A DNA stretch of 64,000 bases from the human T2T-CHM13v2.0 reference genome, Homo sapiens (GCF_009914755.1 NC_060929.1), one strand, 5' to 3'; shown: positions 30,520 to 44,854, counted from the stretch's first letter. Numbers and translations: made by a program. Notes: generated from the sequence alone by a model not told the origin.

Positions 30520-31109
30520 CTATAAATGGTCTGGTCTCTGAGGCCCACATTTACTTCACAACATGTCTGAGGCCTTAGCTGGGTTGGCTAGGAGGCAGTA
30601 CATAGCTGGTATAGTCTACCTAAGTGAGTGTACCTCACCTGTCCTGCGTGGAAGCCCTAGGGTAGCTGAACTTACTACATGGAGGTTCAGGGCTTGAAGA
30701 GCAAGTGTTTCAGTTATTAAGGAAGCTGCATGGCCTTTTGTGACCTACCCTCCAATGCCATGTAGCATCACGTATGCCATACACTATTGATTAAACAGTC
30801 ATAGTAGTCTCAGATTCAAGTGGAGGGACATCAACTCTTCCTCTCAGACAGAGCAACAAAGAATGTATAGCCATCTTTAATCTACCACAGACATACTTTT
30901 CAATGTTTTCCAGGTATTATTACATTGCTAAGAAATCCTTGAGCCTCTTACAGGGAACTAGATTAATTTGTGTCATGTCAGCAAACAAAACAGCAAATTC
31001 TTTTGGAGATTCATCCATAGATGGTTGAGGGCAGGCCTCCTCCCATGGACCTATGAATTAGCAGTTATGGAAGGGAAGGAAGGATACTCATGGAATTAGA
31101 GAACAGTTT

Positions 31110-31530
31110 TAAGAGCATGAACTGTTAGTCACCCTGCCTAAGTCCCTATCTGGCTCTTCCATTTTCTCTGTGTGACCAGGAGCAAATGAATGACTTTTAA
31201 AATTTTTAGCCTCAGTTTACTCTTGTCTACAGATAATAATAGTAACAATAAAAATAATAAAGCCCTTATAGGATTGCCTGAACATTTCAGTTAATATACA
31301 CAAAGCAGTGTTTTTAATATTCAGCTGAGACTCACAGTAAGAAACATATTTTACAATATATATGCGTGCTAAATGAAACAGAAGTATCACAAAATAACCC
31401 TTATGCTTGCTAAGTATGATAATGATATACTCTGATATTTTCTAATATATTCTATTTTAAAAATGTATGTTGGTAAGACCCATACTACCTTGTTTTCCCA
31501 ACTGACCAATAGGTCATAATTGCAGTTTGT
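31110..31530. mobile_element. MIR followed by a hAT-Charlie-like fragment
   Basis: gcctcagtttactcttgtct MIR core; cagtg...ggtcataattgcagtttg hAT-like termini. Confidence 0.5.
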
Positions 31531-32218
31531 TAGAAATTTATGTAAATGAGTTTTTCAATGTTGATTACGTGGATCCATTGCATCTTTATGTAAGGCCATT
31601 CATAAATAAGTGATGCTGGGGCTGAGTCTAAAGATTAGTAAACACGCCTTTATGGCCATAGCTTTCAGTCAGCTTGGACCTCAATTTTAAAACAATTATT
31701 TCTCATTTTGTGACTTTAAAAATTCTATCAGTATTCTACTTTTACTTCTAATATTTAAAAAGACTCAGCTAAAAAGACTTTAAACAACTTTATTTTGGAA
31801 GAAAAACGTATCTCCTTTCCATAAATGGAAAAGCAACACATGCCATAATTGTAAAATACCTGCTAAATATCTAATGAGACAATTATTAAATTCTCATTTG
31901 ATACTCTGAGCCCAAGGCTGGCTCTCTCATTCAAAAGCACTATTAGTAAGTCGTGAAGATGTTCTGCAGGGACACTGGCACTGTCATCTCCTTGTGACTA
32001 GAAGAGAAAGAGAATTGAAGAGGGATTTCTTTCTCACTAGCCCCACACGTACCAGCATATGATGGATCCCACTTTGGGACACTCCTCATAGCATTTGGGC
32101 CTAGCCTACCTATGAGCTTCATTATTATAGTCAAATCAGATGGTTCATTATTTCTGGAATGACTCCTTTTCTCAACTTGGGTACTTTGTACAGTTTTTCC
32201 CTTTGAATTCAATCATAG

Positions 32219-32790
<572 letters not shown>

Positions 32791-33104
32791 TTAAGTAACA
32801 TTTTACTATTGTCTATAATCAAAGAGAGTTTCAAAACATTTATCTTGTCTTGAACTCCTAAACATTTTTTTTCCAAAAGGAATTTTTTAAAGGACCAAAT
32901 GCATGATAAAGAAGTATTTTTAGGTCTCTGTATTTCAGTAAACTATAAAATTTAGCGTAAGAAATGCCTATAGAGCTTTTTAATTTTATAAAATCAAAGG
33001 ATAAAATCAGAAACTTCATAGCCATCATAAGAATAGTGTGAATGGATGCTTTCAATTAGTTCTATGGAAATATTGTTTTTATTTATTTTATTTATTTTGT
33101 GGTT

Positions 33105-33360
33105 GCCCAGGCTGGAGTGCAATGGCATGATCTTGGCTCCTGCAACCTCCACCTCCCGGGTTCAAGCGATTCTCCTGTCTCAGCCTTCCGAGTAGCTGGG
33201 ATTACAGGTGCACACCATCAGGCCTGGCTAATTTTTGTATTTTTAGTAGAGAAGGGGTTTCACCATGTTGGTCAGGCTGGTCTCGAACTCCTGGCCTCGT
33301 GATCCACCCACCTTGGCCTCCCGAAGTGCTGGGATTATAGGGGTGAGCCACCGCAGCTTG
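33105..33360 (-). mobile_element. AluS lacking its normal 3' terminus
   Basis: Body begins at gcccaggctgg; the gagacggagtttcgctc segment is missing. Confidence 0.9.
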
Positions 33361-33558
33361 CTATTTTGTGGTTTTAAAATCTAGCTTCAATATTATGCAC
33401 TTTGGGAACTATTATCAGTTCTTTAGTAAACTGTGTAGTTTATGATAGAACATAAAATTTTATAAGAATAAAATAACATGAAGGTACAACTTCCCCTACA
33501 GCCTGCAAATGAACACGTGTGCAACTGCCTACATTGCTACATGTAGCTTTAAATGTAG

Positions 33559-33941
33559 GATACTCTGATTCATTACTGTGTCCCCCACCCAAAATCTCAT
33601 CTCGAATTGTAATCTGCATAATCCCCAAATTCCCATGTGTCAAGGGAGAGACCAGGTAGAGGTAATTGAATCGTGGGGGCAGTTTCCCCCATGCTGTTCT
33701 TGTGATAGTGAGTGAGTTCTCACAAGATCTGATGGTTTTGTAGGTGTTTGGTAGTTCCTCCTGCATTATTTCTTCTTCCTGCTGCCTTGTGAAGAAGGTG
33801 TCTTGCTTCCCCTTGGCCTTCCGGCATGATTGTAAGTTTCTTGAGACCATCCCAGTCATGCTGAACCATGAGTCAATTAAACCTCTGAATATTACACAGT
33901 CTTGGGCAGTTCTTTATAGCAGTGTAAAATGGACTAATACA
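33559..33941 (+). mobile_element. THE1D-like solo LTR
   Basis: ctgtgtcccccacccaaaatctcatctcgaattgtaa...gagtcaattaaacctct...ggactaataca. Confidence 0.9.
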
Positions 33942-34479
33942 ATTACATTCACTCTTTCTGAGCAATGTCTTTTTAAAACTGGTTTTGGTTTATGTAAGAA
34001 GGAGTGCTTTTCTTGTTCAGCACCTGGGTATGAATTTAATTATTGAAAATAAATATGATCTAATGTTTCATTGAGCTTTATGAATAATCGGGTAATTTGG
34101 TTAGCACTGTTACCTAAAAAGGCCTGGAAGAAAGCAGAATCACAAAATCCAATGGCTCTGGTGAGGAGGAAATTAGTGGCATATTCATGTGATTTACTCT
34201 ATATAGAATATAATTAAAAGTAGTTGTAGATTTGTGTGTTACTCTAAATGCTTCTGTATTTTGTGACTTGGTTCAGAGAAATGTTATAAAAAGAAAATAG
34301 TTACTGATGTATGTTCTACATTTAAAATGTGGTTTCAAAACTAAAGGGTGTGTAGGAGTGGCTTCCTGTAATGTGCCCACTCACCAGCCAGCTTGTTTTG
34401 AAGGTGTAAGACCAGAGAACATATTGTGATGTAAACCTGTCCTTGGCTCTGAAAATATGTAGGCACCACAGAGAAATAG

Positions 34480-34900
34480 GTTGGAATTGTATAGAACCCA
34501 AAACTAGTTACATATAAAAGAAACTTAATGAGAGGTTTTCTCAAATTGGCAAACAACCCTAAAAGTTTACTTGATATTACAAGTAAACTAAAAGATGAAA
34601 CTAAAAGAAAGTTTTAGAATCTATCAGTAATAAAAAAAGAAAAATCTGTCAACCAGACTAAAAGGAAGATTGGATTACTATTCTATTTTCTTTCTAGACA
34701 ATATGACCAAATTATTGCCATTTGAAAAGGTGATCAAAGAATATGTAAATAAAAAAGGTAGAAAAATGTATTAAAAAGGTATGTCATATATGTCAGCTTT
34801 TAGAAATTAGCAATTCGTTATTTCTTTTTTTCACACTAAATCAACATTCACTTTTATCCCCAATTTTTTTTTATTTATAACTTTACATTCCACACAAATG
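34480..34900 (+). mobile_element. hAT (Tip100/Arthur-like) transposase C-terminal relic
   Basis: Decayed dimerisation-domain coding, resembling EVFPNL..LK.YL.L...ERSF..L..IK...RL....LS....K.L.FE.VIKEY. Confidence 0.6.
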
Positions 34901-36579
34901 TGGACCTTCCCCTGCCATTCTCATGGAAGCAGTTCACCTTACTGCACCGACTTTTAAAAATCTCCTCCCAGATTATAACTTCTTATGCCATCTAGTTTCT
35001 TCATTTCTGTCTTTAAATCTGTGATTCTGCTGATAACTGATCATATCACAGCTAAATGTCTAGGTCTATGCTATTTGCTGCTGAGTTTTTCATTCCTAGC
35101 ATATGAGTCCCTAACATGTGAATGGCTATTTATGTTCTAATTTTCTAGAGCTGCCGTATTTTAAGAGTTGTTGTAGAGAGACTAGCCCTTAACCTTCTCT
35201 TATGGTTATTAGTGATGGGAATTTGGGGGGCAGTGTTAACTGTTACATAAATGAAAAAAGCACCATAGAGGTTTTTAGCATCTCCTGAGTTACAGCTATT
35301 TTATTTTCCTGTACCTTTCTATTTGGGAACTAATTTGTTGAACCAAAATTGATTGATCCAGAACACTGAAGTGGAGATATTCATAAATAGAGATGAAGGA
35401 GGGGGAAAAGGGAATGAAAAAGGGAGATTTTGATTTGTAGATATGTAGTTGGGTGAAATAAGTATTAGTTCTGTAGCTGGTAGTGGGGATACCTGCACAC
35501 TTCCTTAGGTATAGGACATTATAATAAGGCTTCCCTGCTGACCCCACTAGTTAACTTATTTTGGGAGGTGATTTACTTTATTGGAGTGTAAAAGGTCATT
35601 CCTACTACTTGCTAATTAAGGCAGCAACCTGGCAGCATGAATGATGCCAGTTTTATGAATGATCAAATCAGTTTGTATTGTGGCTGATAAAGCTTTGGAA
35701 AACTATTGTAGCAGTTCGTCAATGCGATAAAAAAAGCAGAAACCACAAGTAAAAATCTTCCAGATATTAGAGAAAAAAGTAATGAAATTTAATTGTTCAG
35801 ATTGAAGGAGAATGGAAAAGTAAATGAAAACTGTATTGATGTTTTAAAATTTAAGTAGAAAAAGGGTTATGTTAACTCAGTGATTTAATTCTATTATCTG
35901 GCTCTAGATGATTTTTAAAATTGTGAATGATTGGTGAATGAGAGAATACATTTATTATAAACTTGATGCTAACAATGTGACAGTGGTATAAATAATAAAT
36001 GCAGAATAAGATTTCCATAGTGGAAAATCACTGTTTTGGCACAGACAGAACTTCTTTCCATATTACTTGCCCAGGGATAGAGAAACATTACTATTAAAAA
36101 CGATTTTAAAATTCTTTTACCAAGTTATGATGTTAAGTCATATTGGTGATGAGGTAGCTTCTCTCTGTAGCAACCATCTGGTTTTGGGTTGTGATAGTTC
36201 AATAGGGTAAAGGTATCATTGCAAAACTCCTGTACTTAGTCACTCTCCACCTCCACGTTAGCTGTGTGCCATAGTGCATGCAGGTACAAACTCCGACCTG
36301 CATTTCAAATTTTCCATATCCTGTTTTCTCTTGCCCTTAATTTTCCTTGTAGGTTCTGGTGGATGTGTTGCCAAAGTTTGTTCATACATTAGCATCTGTT
36401 CTTTGACCTTCCTCATCTGTGAAATAGTGTTGTTACATACCTACATTGGATAGATGTAATGGAGAATTTTATTTTGCAAGGCATTTTCAAATATTTTTTT
36501 CTCATGGAGTCGAAAAGTAGAATATTAACTCATTTATTAGGAGACTATCATGGGAGAAATGTGGCTGTACAAAATAATA

Positions 36580-37030
36580 TGTGTATTACTAAGGTGTTTT
36601 TGGCTGCAGAACTGACACTGTCTCTAGTGAGTTTAGGCCAAAAAAGGGAATGAATTAGAAGTATGCTCCACAGGTTTAAAAGCAGAGGGAGAGTTGAAAA
36701 TTCAAGGCCTTGGGAAGGTCAACAAACAGGGTCCTAAGGGATCTGTACGGTGATCAGTCATGGAAAGTCTCTGTAGGGCACTAGCCTTCAAATGCCTCAG
36801 CTCAAGTTCCTTCTGTCCTATGTGACTCTACTCAGATTTCAGATTCTAAGACAGAGGCTGATTGCAAGCTTGGGCTGGGAGTCTTCTCCAGGGCCAATGT
36901 GCTCACCTTTTGTTTGGAAGACCCATCCTGACTTAAATAAAAGCTCATGGGAAGAGCAAGGTACTATTACCATAATACAGTGAAGAGGGTGTAGGGCCAA
37001 ATAACAGATATCCATTACAAGTCCACTGGA
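36580..37030 (-). mobile_element. Old MaLR LTR (MLT1M/N-like)
   Basis: tgtattactaaggtgtttttggctgcag...ctcagatttcagattctaagacagaggctgattg. Confidence 0.5.
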
Positions 37031-37095
37031 GCACACTGCCAGTTCTTAAACCTCAAAAGAATCCGGAAGTAGGATAAAATAATTTATCTACTTTA

Positions 37096-37479
37096 TGATG
37101 ATAGTTTTCTAGTGTTGCCATTACAGGTACCACAGACTGGTGGCTTAAACAATTGAAATTTATTTTCTTTACAATTCTAGAGGCTAGAATTCCAAGATCA
37201 AGGTGTGAGTAGGGTTGGTTTCTTCTAAGGCCTCTCTCCTTACCTTGTAGATGGCCATGGTTCTCTGGTGTCTTCACATGTCTTTCCTCTATGTATCTGT
37301 GTCGTAATCTCTCCTTATAAGAACACCAGTCATACTGGATGAAGGCTCACCCATATGGCCTTATTTTACCTTAATTACCACTTTAAAGGCTCTATATCCA
37401 AATAGTCACATTCTGAGGTAGTGGGGGTTGGGATTTAAAAAAATAAATTTTGGGTGGGGATACAATTCAGGTCATAACA
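37096..37479 (-). mobile_element. MLT1B-like solo LTR
   Basis: taccacagactggtggcttaaaca...ggatacaattcaggtcataaca. Confidence 0.87.
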
Positions 37480-38137
37480 ACTACCTAGTAAGTTGTTGTA
37501 GGTTCAGTTGGCTAGCCTAGTAAGTCTTTAGCCAACGACAGTTAATAAATATTGTTATATAGCTCAGGCATTTATGTTGAGGACTAGGTACGTGATACTT
37601 CACAGAGTACTCTGATCCAAAGATGGCTATGTATGGTTTGTCTTTTTAGGAAGCATACTAATATATAACATAAACATATGTATGTATGTGTGCCGTATGT
37701 CTAGCTGTATATATTTACATTTGTAGCACTTGATAATAACATTACCTAACCTCAGAAGACAAACATCAGTTCCTGCTTTGGCAAACTGCAGCCTCTCTTT
37801 TGTTCTCAGAGAATTTATAATCTTGTATCTATCCTTCACAATACTTACTGTTTAAGTCTATTTCTACAAATGGCCCAGAGGTGACAGCAACTCAAGCGAA
37901 CCAAGAGTGAAACTTAAAGTAGGAATTATTCTGTGTTTTATCTTTCGTTATCTTCTTTTAAGGATGTTTTTCATAGATTGTCATATTTCTTGTTGAATTT
38001 TTTTTAGGAGAGGGAGAGTTTGGTTTAAATAAGGCCACATATTTGCTTAGGGAAACCTCTGGTGTATAGGATTTTGTTTCTTAGATTTTTGACATTCAGC
38101 AAGTTATTTTTCTGTGTATTAAAAACTTTATCTTTAC

Positions 38138-38273
38138 CAGTCAGGTGTGGTGGCTCATACCTCTAATTCTGGGGCTTTGGGAGGCTGAGCAGAAGGATCA
38201 TTTGAAGCTAAGAGTGTGAGACCGGCCTGGACAATATAGTGAGAGCCCTATCTCCACCAAGAAACAAAGAAAC
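38138..38273 (+). mobile_element. FLAM
   Basis: Monomer; TSD aaactttatcttta on both sides. Confidence 0.88.
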
Positions 38274-39024
38274 AAACTTTATCTTTATAAACACTTGCAC
38301 GTAATACATGAAAACATGCTTATTGTAAAAATTCAAACAATGTAGAGCAAAAAGTCACGGAAGAAACACAGAGGAGAAAGTCAACACTTCTCTTCATGTT
38401 TTCTCTCTTTAACTCCATTTGTCCCCTTCTCCTCTCTAATGACAGGCATAATTCAAGAGTGTGGTTTGTGTGTTTTCAAAATCACTGAAGCATATACCTA
38501 GAATTTGGGAACATATTTATTTAGATAGAGATAGAATTATAATGTAATTCTCTAATGTAATTCTTAGAACATTGTTCTAAGACTTTTCTTTCCTCCCTTA
38601 AATATATTTGTAGTTTTGTTGGTTGGAATTTTAATACTAAATCCTACTGCTGACCCGCCTTTTCTCCAGGACTCTTGAATAAGAAACAACAGCCCAATAG
38701 AGGGCAAAGTACAAGTAATAATTTCTAAAACAGAATTGCTAAGCAGCTGTCCCATATCTTTAAATCAGATTTACCTCAGAAGACACCTGTATAAAAGGAA
38801 GAGGTCCCTATGAAGTGGTGATGGTCCATGAGGAAGAGGCCTGGAAATCTAAGCAGGGCTTCCAGCTCCCTGCTTCCTGTCTAAGTCCAGGTACTTACCC
38901 CACCTATAGGTGAGCATGGCAACCTGCCTCAGAGGCTAGACTTTGCTCTGTGAACTGACAGTGTAGGAATAGACAGCAACAGAGTAGATGAAACCTACTC
39001 TTGCCTTTAAGAAATAGTAACTGT

Positions 39025-39304
39025 GGTCAGGCACAGTGGCTTATACCTTTAATCCCAGCATTTTGGGAGGCCGAGGCAGGTGGATTGCTTGAGGCCAGGA
39101 GTTTGAGACCAGCCTAGCCAACATGGCGAAACCCTGTCTCTACTAAAAAAAAAAAAAATACAAAAATTAGCTGGGTGTGGTAGTGCATGCCTGTAAGTCT
39201 AGTTACTCAGGAGGCTGAGGCATGAGAACCGATTGAACCTGAGAGGCAGAGGTTGCAGTGAGCTTGTTGACAGAGCGAGATTTTGTCTCAAAAAAAAAAA
39301 AAAA
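39025..39304 (+). mobile_element. AluS with a right-arm deletion
   Basis: gcagtgagcttgttgacagagcgag; the gccactgcactccagcc segment is missing. Confidence 0.92.
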
Positions 39305-39944
39305 GTACCTCCGCCACTAGTAAGATTTCATTCAAGAATGAGGCTGATGTTAGCAATTCTTCCTCCCATAGCAGGCAGAAGAGTAGCTAGAACATGGGTG
39401 GACACATGGCTGGGAAGCATAGGTGGTATTAAGTCCTCCCCCAGAGGCTGATATAGAAATACAAGGCAGAGGATAGAAATTTCTTCTCCAGCAAACATAT
39501 CTTGGAGATTTTACCATTTCAATACATAGAGATCTAAATCATTTAAAAGTGTCTTATTATTTTATAACTTACATTTATGTAGGATTTGAGTTTTACAGAC
39601 TCCTTCATAATTTTCCCTTCATTTCACTCTCACAGCACCTCTGCAATAGGTCTTGTTTTATAGATGTAGGAGTAAAACCTTTACATGGACAAGGGATTTG
39701 TCTATGAATTCAAGATCTATGGATTCTTGGTTCAGTTTTCTTTCCATAATAACATAACTGTTTTTTGTTAAATGCAGTTTATATTTAAATGAGATAGAAA
39801 TAGTTAGCTACTGTTAAAGTTCTTAAGAACTGCTTTTCTGAAAGTCCTGATTTCAGCTGTCTAATGTAAATCTGATTCAAGTATTTATTGAAAACTACCA
39901 TTGACATGTTTATTTTGTATTCATTTTTAGTTTCATATTTTGAT

Positions 39945-41000
39945 TCCCAGTATCTGAACCTATTCCTATGTTGGAGATAATTCCCTCCTTATTAATGTTG
40001 TTGGGGGTAGCATTTGCTTGTCATCATAAAGCCAAAACAGACACTCATCTTTCCAGCCTCCCTTGTAGCTAAGATGGGTGTACATGATCTAGGCTCTGCT
40101 AATCTTTTGCACTCACCTTAGACTTTGACTTGGTAGCTAGTGGCCTAAGAAGTAGGGGTGGAAAAGCTCTCTGGTGGCAGGTGGTTGCCATGAAAGTATC
40201 AATATTTGGTCTCCAGGGGAAATAGGGAAATGGGGGTAATGAGCCCCAAGGGCAGCTTCTCACATTCCATGCCCTGGTTGGTGGTGGTGGTGGTGCAATC
40301 CCTGGCACCCAGTGTCCAACAGCCTGGCCTTCTTTATTTCTGCTCAATTTCTAGGCCTAATTCTCCAAATATCACAGTGATTATGTGAGCTCTTTAGTAG
40401 CCTTTCATTTTAAAAATATACATACAATAAATTCACTCTATGAGATATGCAGTTCTAAGAACTTTAACATTGTATAAAGTCGTGTACCCACCACTGTCAT
40501 GATATAGAACAGTTCTATTATGTCTCAAATTCTCTCATGCTGAACCTTCGTAGTCAACTCTCATCCACCCCAATCCCTGATCTGTTTTCTATCCCTATAT
40601 TTTTACATTTTCCAGAATCATAGAATATTACCCAATAATTTCTTAATAACATGTTATTGTAATATTAACATTTTAAATAAATATTAATACATTTGTTTTC
40701 TGCTTAATAGCTAAGATTTATTGGATATTTTAACATTTGCTCTATTCTGTTCTTACTAAGTGCCTTACATGAATAAACTTACTTTACCCTCACTAGAGTT
40801 CTAATAGGTGGATCCTCTAATTATTCCCTTCTTATATATGAGAATGCTATGGCACAGGAAGGGTTAAGGAACCCATCCAAGGTCACAAGCTGGTAAGTGG
40901 CAGTCAAGACCCAGGCAGCTTGATGCCAGATGCAAGATTTTAACCACTATCTATACCAGCTTATAAATCAGCTGAATTGGTTTTTGTTGCTTGCAATTGT
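39945..41000 (+). mobile_element. LTR33-like ERVL LTR interrupted by an L1MB fragment (~40410-40630) and MIR (~40745-40950)
   Basis: tttccagcctcccttgtagcta...; terminal aaatcagctgaattggtttttgttgcttgcaa. Confidence 0.6.
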
Positions 41001-41016
41001 GAGTGATAGGATTAAA

Positions 41017-41133
41017 TGATAGTGTTGAATGAGAAGATCAGTAAGCAAAAAGTGATAGTGTTGAATGAGAAGATCAGTAAGCAAAAAGACTCAAAAAGTA
41101 AGCAAAAAAGGATTAGTAAGCAAAAAGACTCAA
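41017..41133. repeat. Perfect 36-bp tandem duplication plus two extra agtaagcaaaaag copies
   Basis: 41017-41052 is identical to 41053-41088. Confidence 0.95.
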
Positions 41134-41550
41134 GGTCCACACTCACGGAGAGTATGATTGAGTTGAGGAGACAGATATTATTCAAATAATTTTATCAGTG
41201 AATATAATTACAAATGTAGGTAAGTGAAGGAAAGGATCATAATCTTTAGTGTTCATCAGAAAGGAACCTGACCTGGACTAGGGGTTATTGAAAGCTTTTC
41301 TGAGAAAGTGATACTTTGACAGTGATGTGAATGAATGAACTAGGTCAAGAGTGTTTGTAGACCTATGGCACATGCAACTGGAGTCTTCCGGGGGAATCCA
41401 TGGGTGCCAGGACCCTGAGACAGGAGGCAAGATGCCCACTCTAATTGATGTGTGGATGATGAGGAGGGGCCCCACTGCTAGCTGAAGTAGATGAAGCTAG
41501 GGAGTTAAGCAGGTGACCAACTCATGCAGGGCCTTGAAAGGACACATCAA
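41134..41550 (-). mobile_element. L2 fragment
   Basis: gaaagcttttctgagaaagtgatacttt...atgcagggccttgaaagg. Confidence 0.6.
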
Positions 41551-44143
41551 GTACTCATGAGGCTTTCCTCTCTCTGGCTCTACTCACCTACACAAGGCAA
41601 GAAAATAAAACAGAGGACAGTGTGCATAGTCCTTGGTTTTGTTTTCTCATGGGCCAGGACTCATAATGGGAAGGGAATAAGTGCAGGATCTTCTGTATAG
41701 ATGATTCCTGGAAGGTATTCCTAGACTACATGCTATACCTCAAGAGGTTTCAGGGAATGTAACGGGATCCATGTGATATGCACCAGAGCACTATGGGGTG
41801 TGAAGTTGTTTAAGAATTTCCACACTTCGCATCTGTAAGCTGCAAGGAGTGCAATATCTTGTATTTGGTGTCCTTGAGTGATTGGTAAGTATCTCAATAA
41901 GCACAATAAAATTAGTAAATAGATACCATCTTTCCTCTCTGTAGGCTTCATAGACCAAGACATCAACGAACCATGGCAATTTAAAAGTGCAGCATAATTT
42001 TACAAGTAAGGGCACCAAACACAAAAGTGCAGGTTAATGTGACCAAGGTTGCACAAATAATTAATGGAAAGAATACAACTAATTCTTGTATTTTCTGACC
42101 CCCAAACGACTTGATGAATATTTTGACACACATATTTCTAAAACAGATTGACAAAATTTTTTGTTTAAATGACTTATTAACACCAGCCAGTGCATTGCTA
42201 TTTGATAGAAAGAAACTTTAGACATCCAAGAAACACAAAATTGAATTTTTCCTAGATACTACACATGTATTTTCAGTAAACTAATTTAAAAATCAGTAAC
42301 AGAGGCCTGTGATAAAATATTTTTAACTTTTTTTCATAATTTCACATTTGACTAATCTTTTATAACATCTAAGTGTATGGGCATTAAGTTAGTGCTGAGA
42401 GGAAAACTTTCACAACTCTATGAACTCAACAGGCTTTGAGAAAATAAGTTAATATTCTGAAGCACATTAATTAATACTTTTGACTACCCTGACCAGTTAA
42501 AGATCCTTGGAGACATATACCCCAATTTCAAATCCAATTAAAATGATATCCATTACTAAATTAACCCATGTACACTCAAATCTTGATATAAAATGACATA
42601 GTCTCAAGACACTGATTAATTAATCAAACATGCAAAAATATTTCAAGAAAATTATTAATCCACCTGTTTCGATGTTATATCTCAAAGGTCTTCAAGCTCC
42701 TCATATATTAGAAGTATTATATACTACATTCATTCTTCTTCACTTCATTTAAAAGATAACACTGAAAAATATTTCACCATATGCTCGTTTAAATGCAGTG
42801 ATAAATATGTTCTTTTCAAAGCATATGGTGATATTATTAGGTGTCTCTGAATATAGCAAGGTTGAAATGAGACAATCTGAACTAAATGGAAATTATTTGC
42901 TGCTCTCATGTCCATACATCAGTATCATCTCTGGATTATTATTGTTTTAATAAAGAAAATCTAACCACTTGAAGATTAGAAACATCTGTTGTCACCTACC
43001 ATAGCTATAGTGGGTAGAATTCCAGGACTACTTTTCCTTTGACTGTGTAAGCCTACTTGACTCATTTTCCCAGACTCTGGCACTGAGAACTTTTGCTATC
43101 AATTAATCACTGTTGACATTTGTGTAATGCTCCATAGCAAGGAGTCTACTTTCATATGTGGCTTAGCCACCTTGCTTCATGCCACGCCATGGGATTGTCT
43201 TCTACTAATGGTGAGGGGCCTTGAGATTCTTCTCCAATAAAAGAGTTTGTTTCCAACATTTCTTCCTGTTCTGATGTACTCAATCTTTGAGGAAAAGAAA
43301 AAACTTGTAGATTCTATGTGGAATGATGATAAAGACTGATTATTTGTTATGAGAAATATAAATCTAAAAATTAATGTATTGAAATCTGGGAAAAGAGAGG
43401 TTTGGTCATGATATTCTATACAATTTTTTCTTCATTTATTCAATGAATTAGAATGTATACACATTTAATAGTGTATTAAGGACTTCTCACATTTTAAATA
43501 AGTTCATGAGTATATTTGAATAATAAACCTTTCATTTTATAACATCAGTGCCTTATAGTTCATTGATAGCCATAGTCTGGATTTTACTTTATTTTTCTTT
43601 AAAGTGTCTGACTGGAATGGATAATATATATTTATCTTAGGCATATGTTGTTTTCAGCCAGCTTCATTGCTATCTGATATGGTAAGTTGCACTAATCTTA
43701 AGTCCTATTTTTATGTCAAAGTGAGTATTCTTGGTTTTGGTTAACAAGTACAACTGTCGGCAAACAAATGTGGATTGTACAGCAGTATATATAGAAGGTA
43801 GATACTATTAAGAGTGATGACTCATGATTATTCAATGGATTATTTGCCTTGCCTTTCTTGTCATGTTTTCTGCTGGCAAATATATTGAATAAATGAATGA
43901 TTTTCTCTAGCTTTTTCCAGCACAGTTACCTTCTAATCAACTTGCTTTTGTTTTCACCTTTTTTTCTAGGGGAATAGTACTTCCTGCAGTGAAATGCTGT
44001 AATGATCCAAATCCTATCCCCTAGTGCAATGGTTTGCAAACTTTCCTGTGAATCATAATCACCTAGAAGCTTGTTAAGATACAGATTGCTAGCCCTCATC
44101 CCCAGAGTTTTGGATTGACTAGGTCAGGAATGGGGCTGGATAA

Positions 44144-44510
<367 letters not shown>

Positions 44511-44829
44511 TTTTTTTTTTTTTAATTTAAAAAAAGGGCAGGGTCTCACTCTGTTGCCCAGGCTGGAGTGCAGTGGGTAATAACAGCTTACTGCAGCCTC
44601 AACCTCCCAGGCTCAGGTGATCCTCCCATCTCAGCCTCCTGAGTAAGTGGGACTACAGGTACATACAGGCATGCACCATCACACCTGGCTAATATTTTTT
44701 TGGATTTTTTGTAGGCATGAGGTTTCACCATGTTGCCCATGCTGGTCTTGAACTCCTGGGCTTAAGTGACTTGCTCACCTAGGCCTCCTAAATTCCTAGG
44801 ATTACAGGCATAAGCCACTGCACCCAGCC
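44511..44829 (-). mobile_element. AluJ
   Basis: Dimer; TSD tggaaaccacat brackets both Alus. Confidence 0.92.
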
Positions 44830-44854
44830 TGGAAACCACATTTTATTATAAGCA

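Noticed and set aside
41040-41127. Repeat-spacer look (13-mer four times with variable spacers) as CRISPR-like
   Set aside because: Eukaryotic context, short repeats, spacers copied from local sequence, no cas genes.
41945-42005. 61-nt plus-strand exon-like segment (ctttcctctctgtag ... caa|gtaagg)
   Set aside because: Stops in all three frames and no supporting partner exon; compatible with chance, though a lncRNA exon cannot be excluded.
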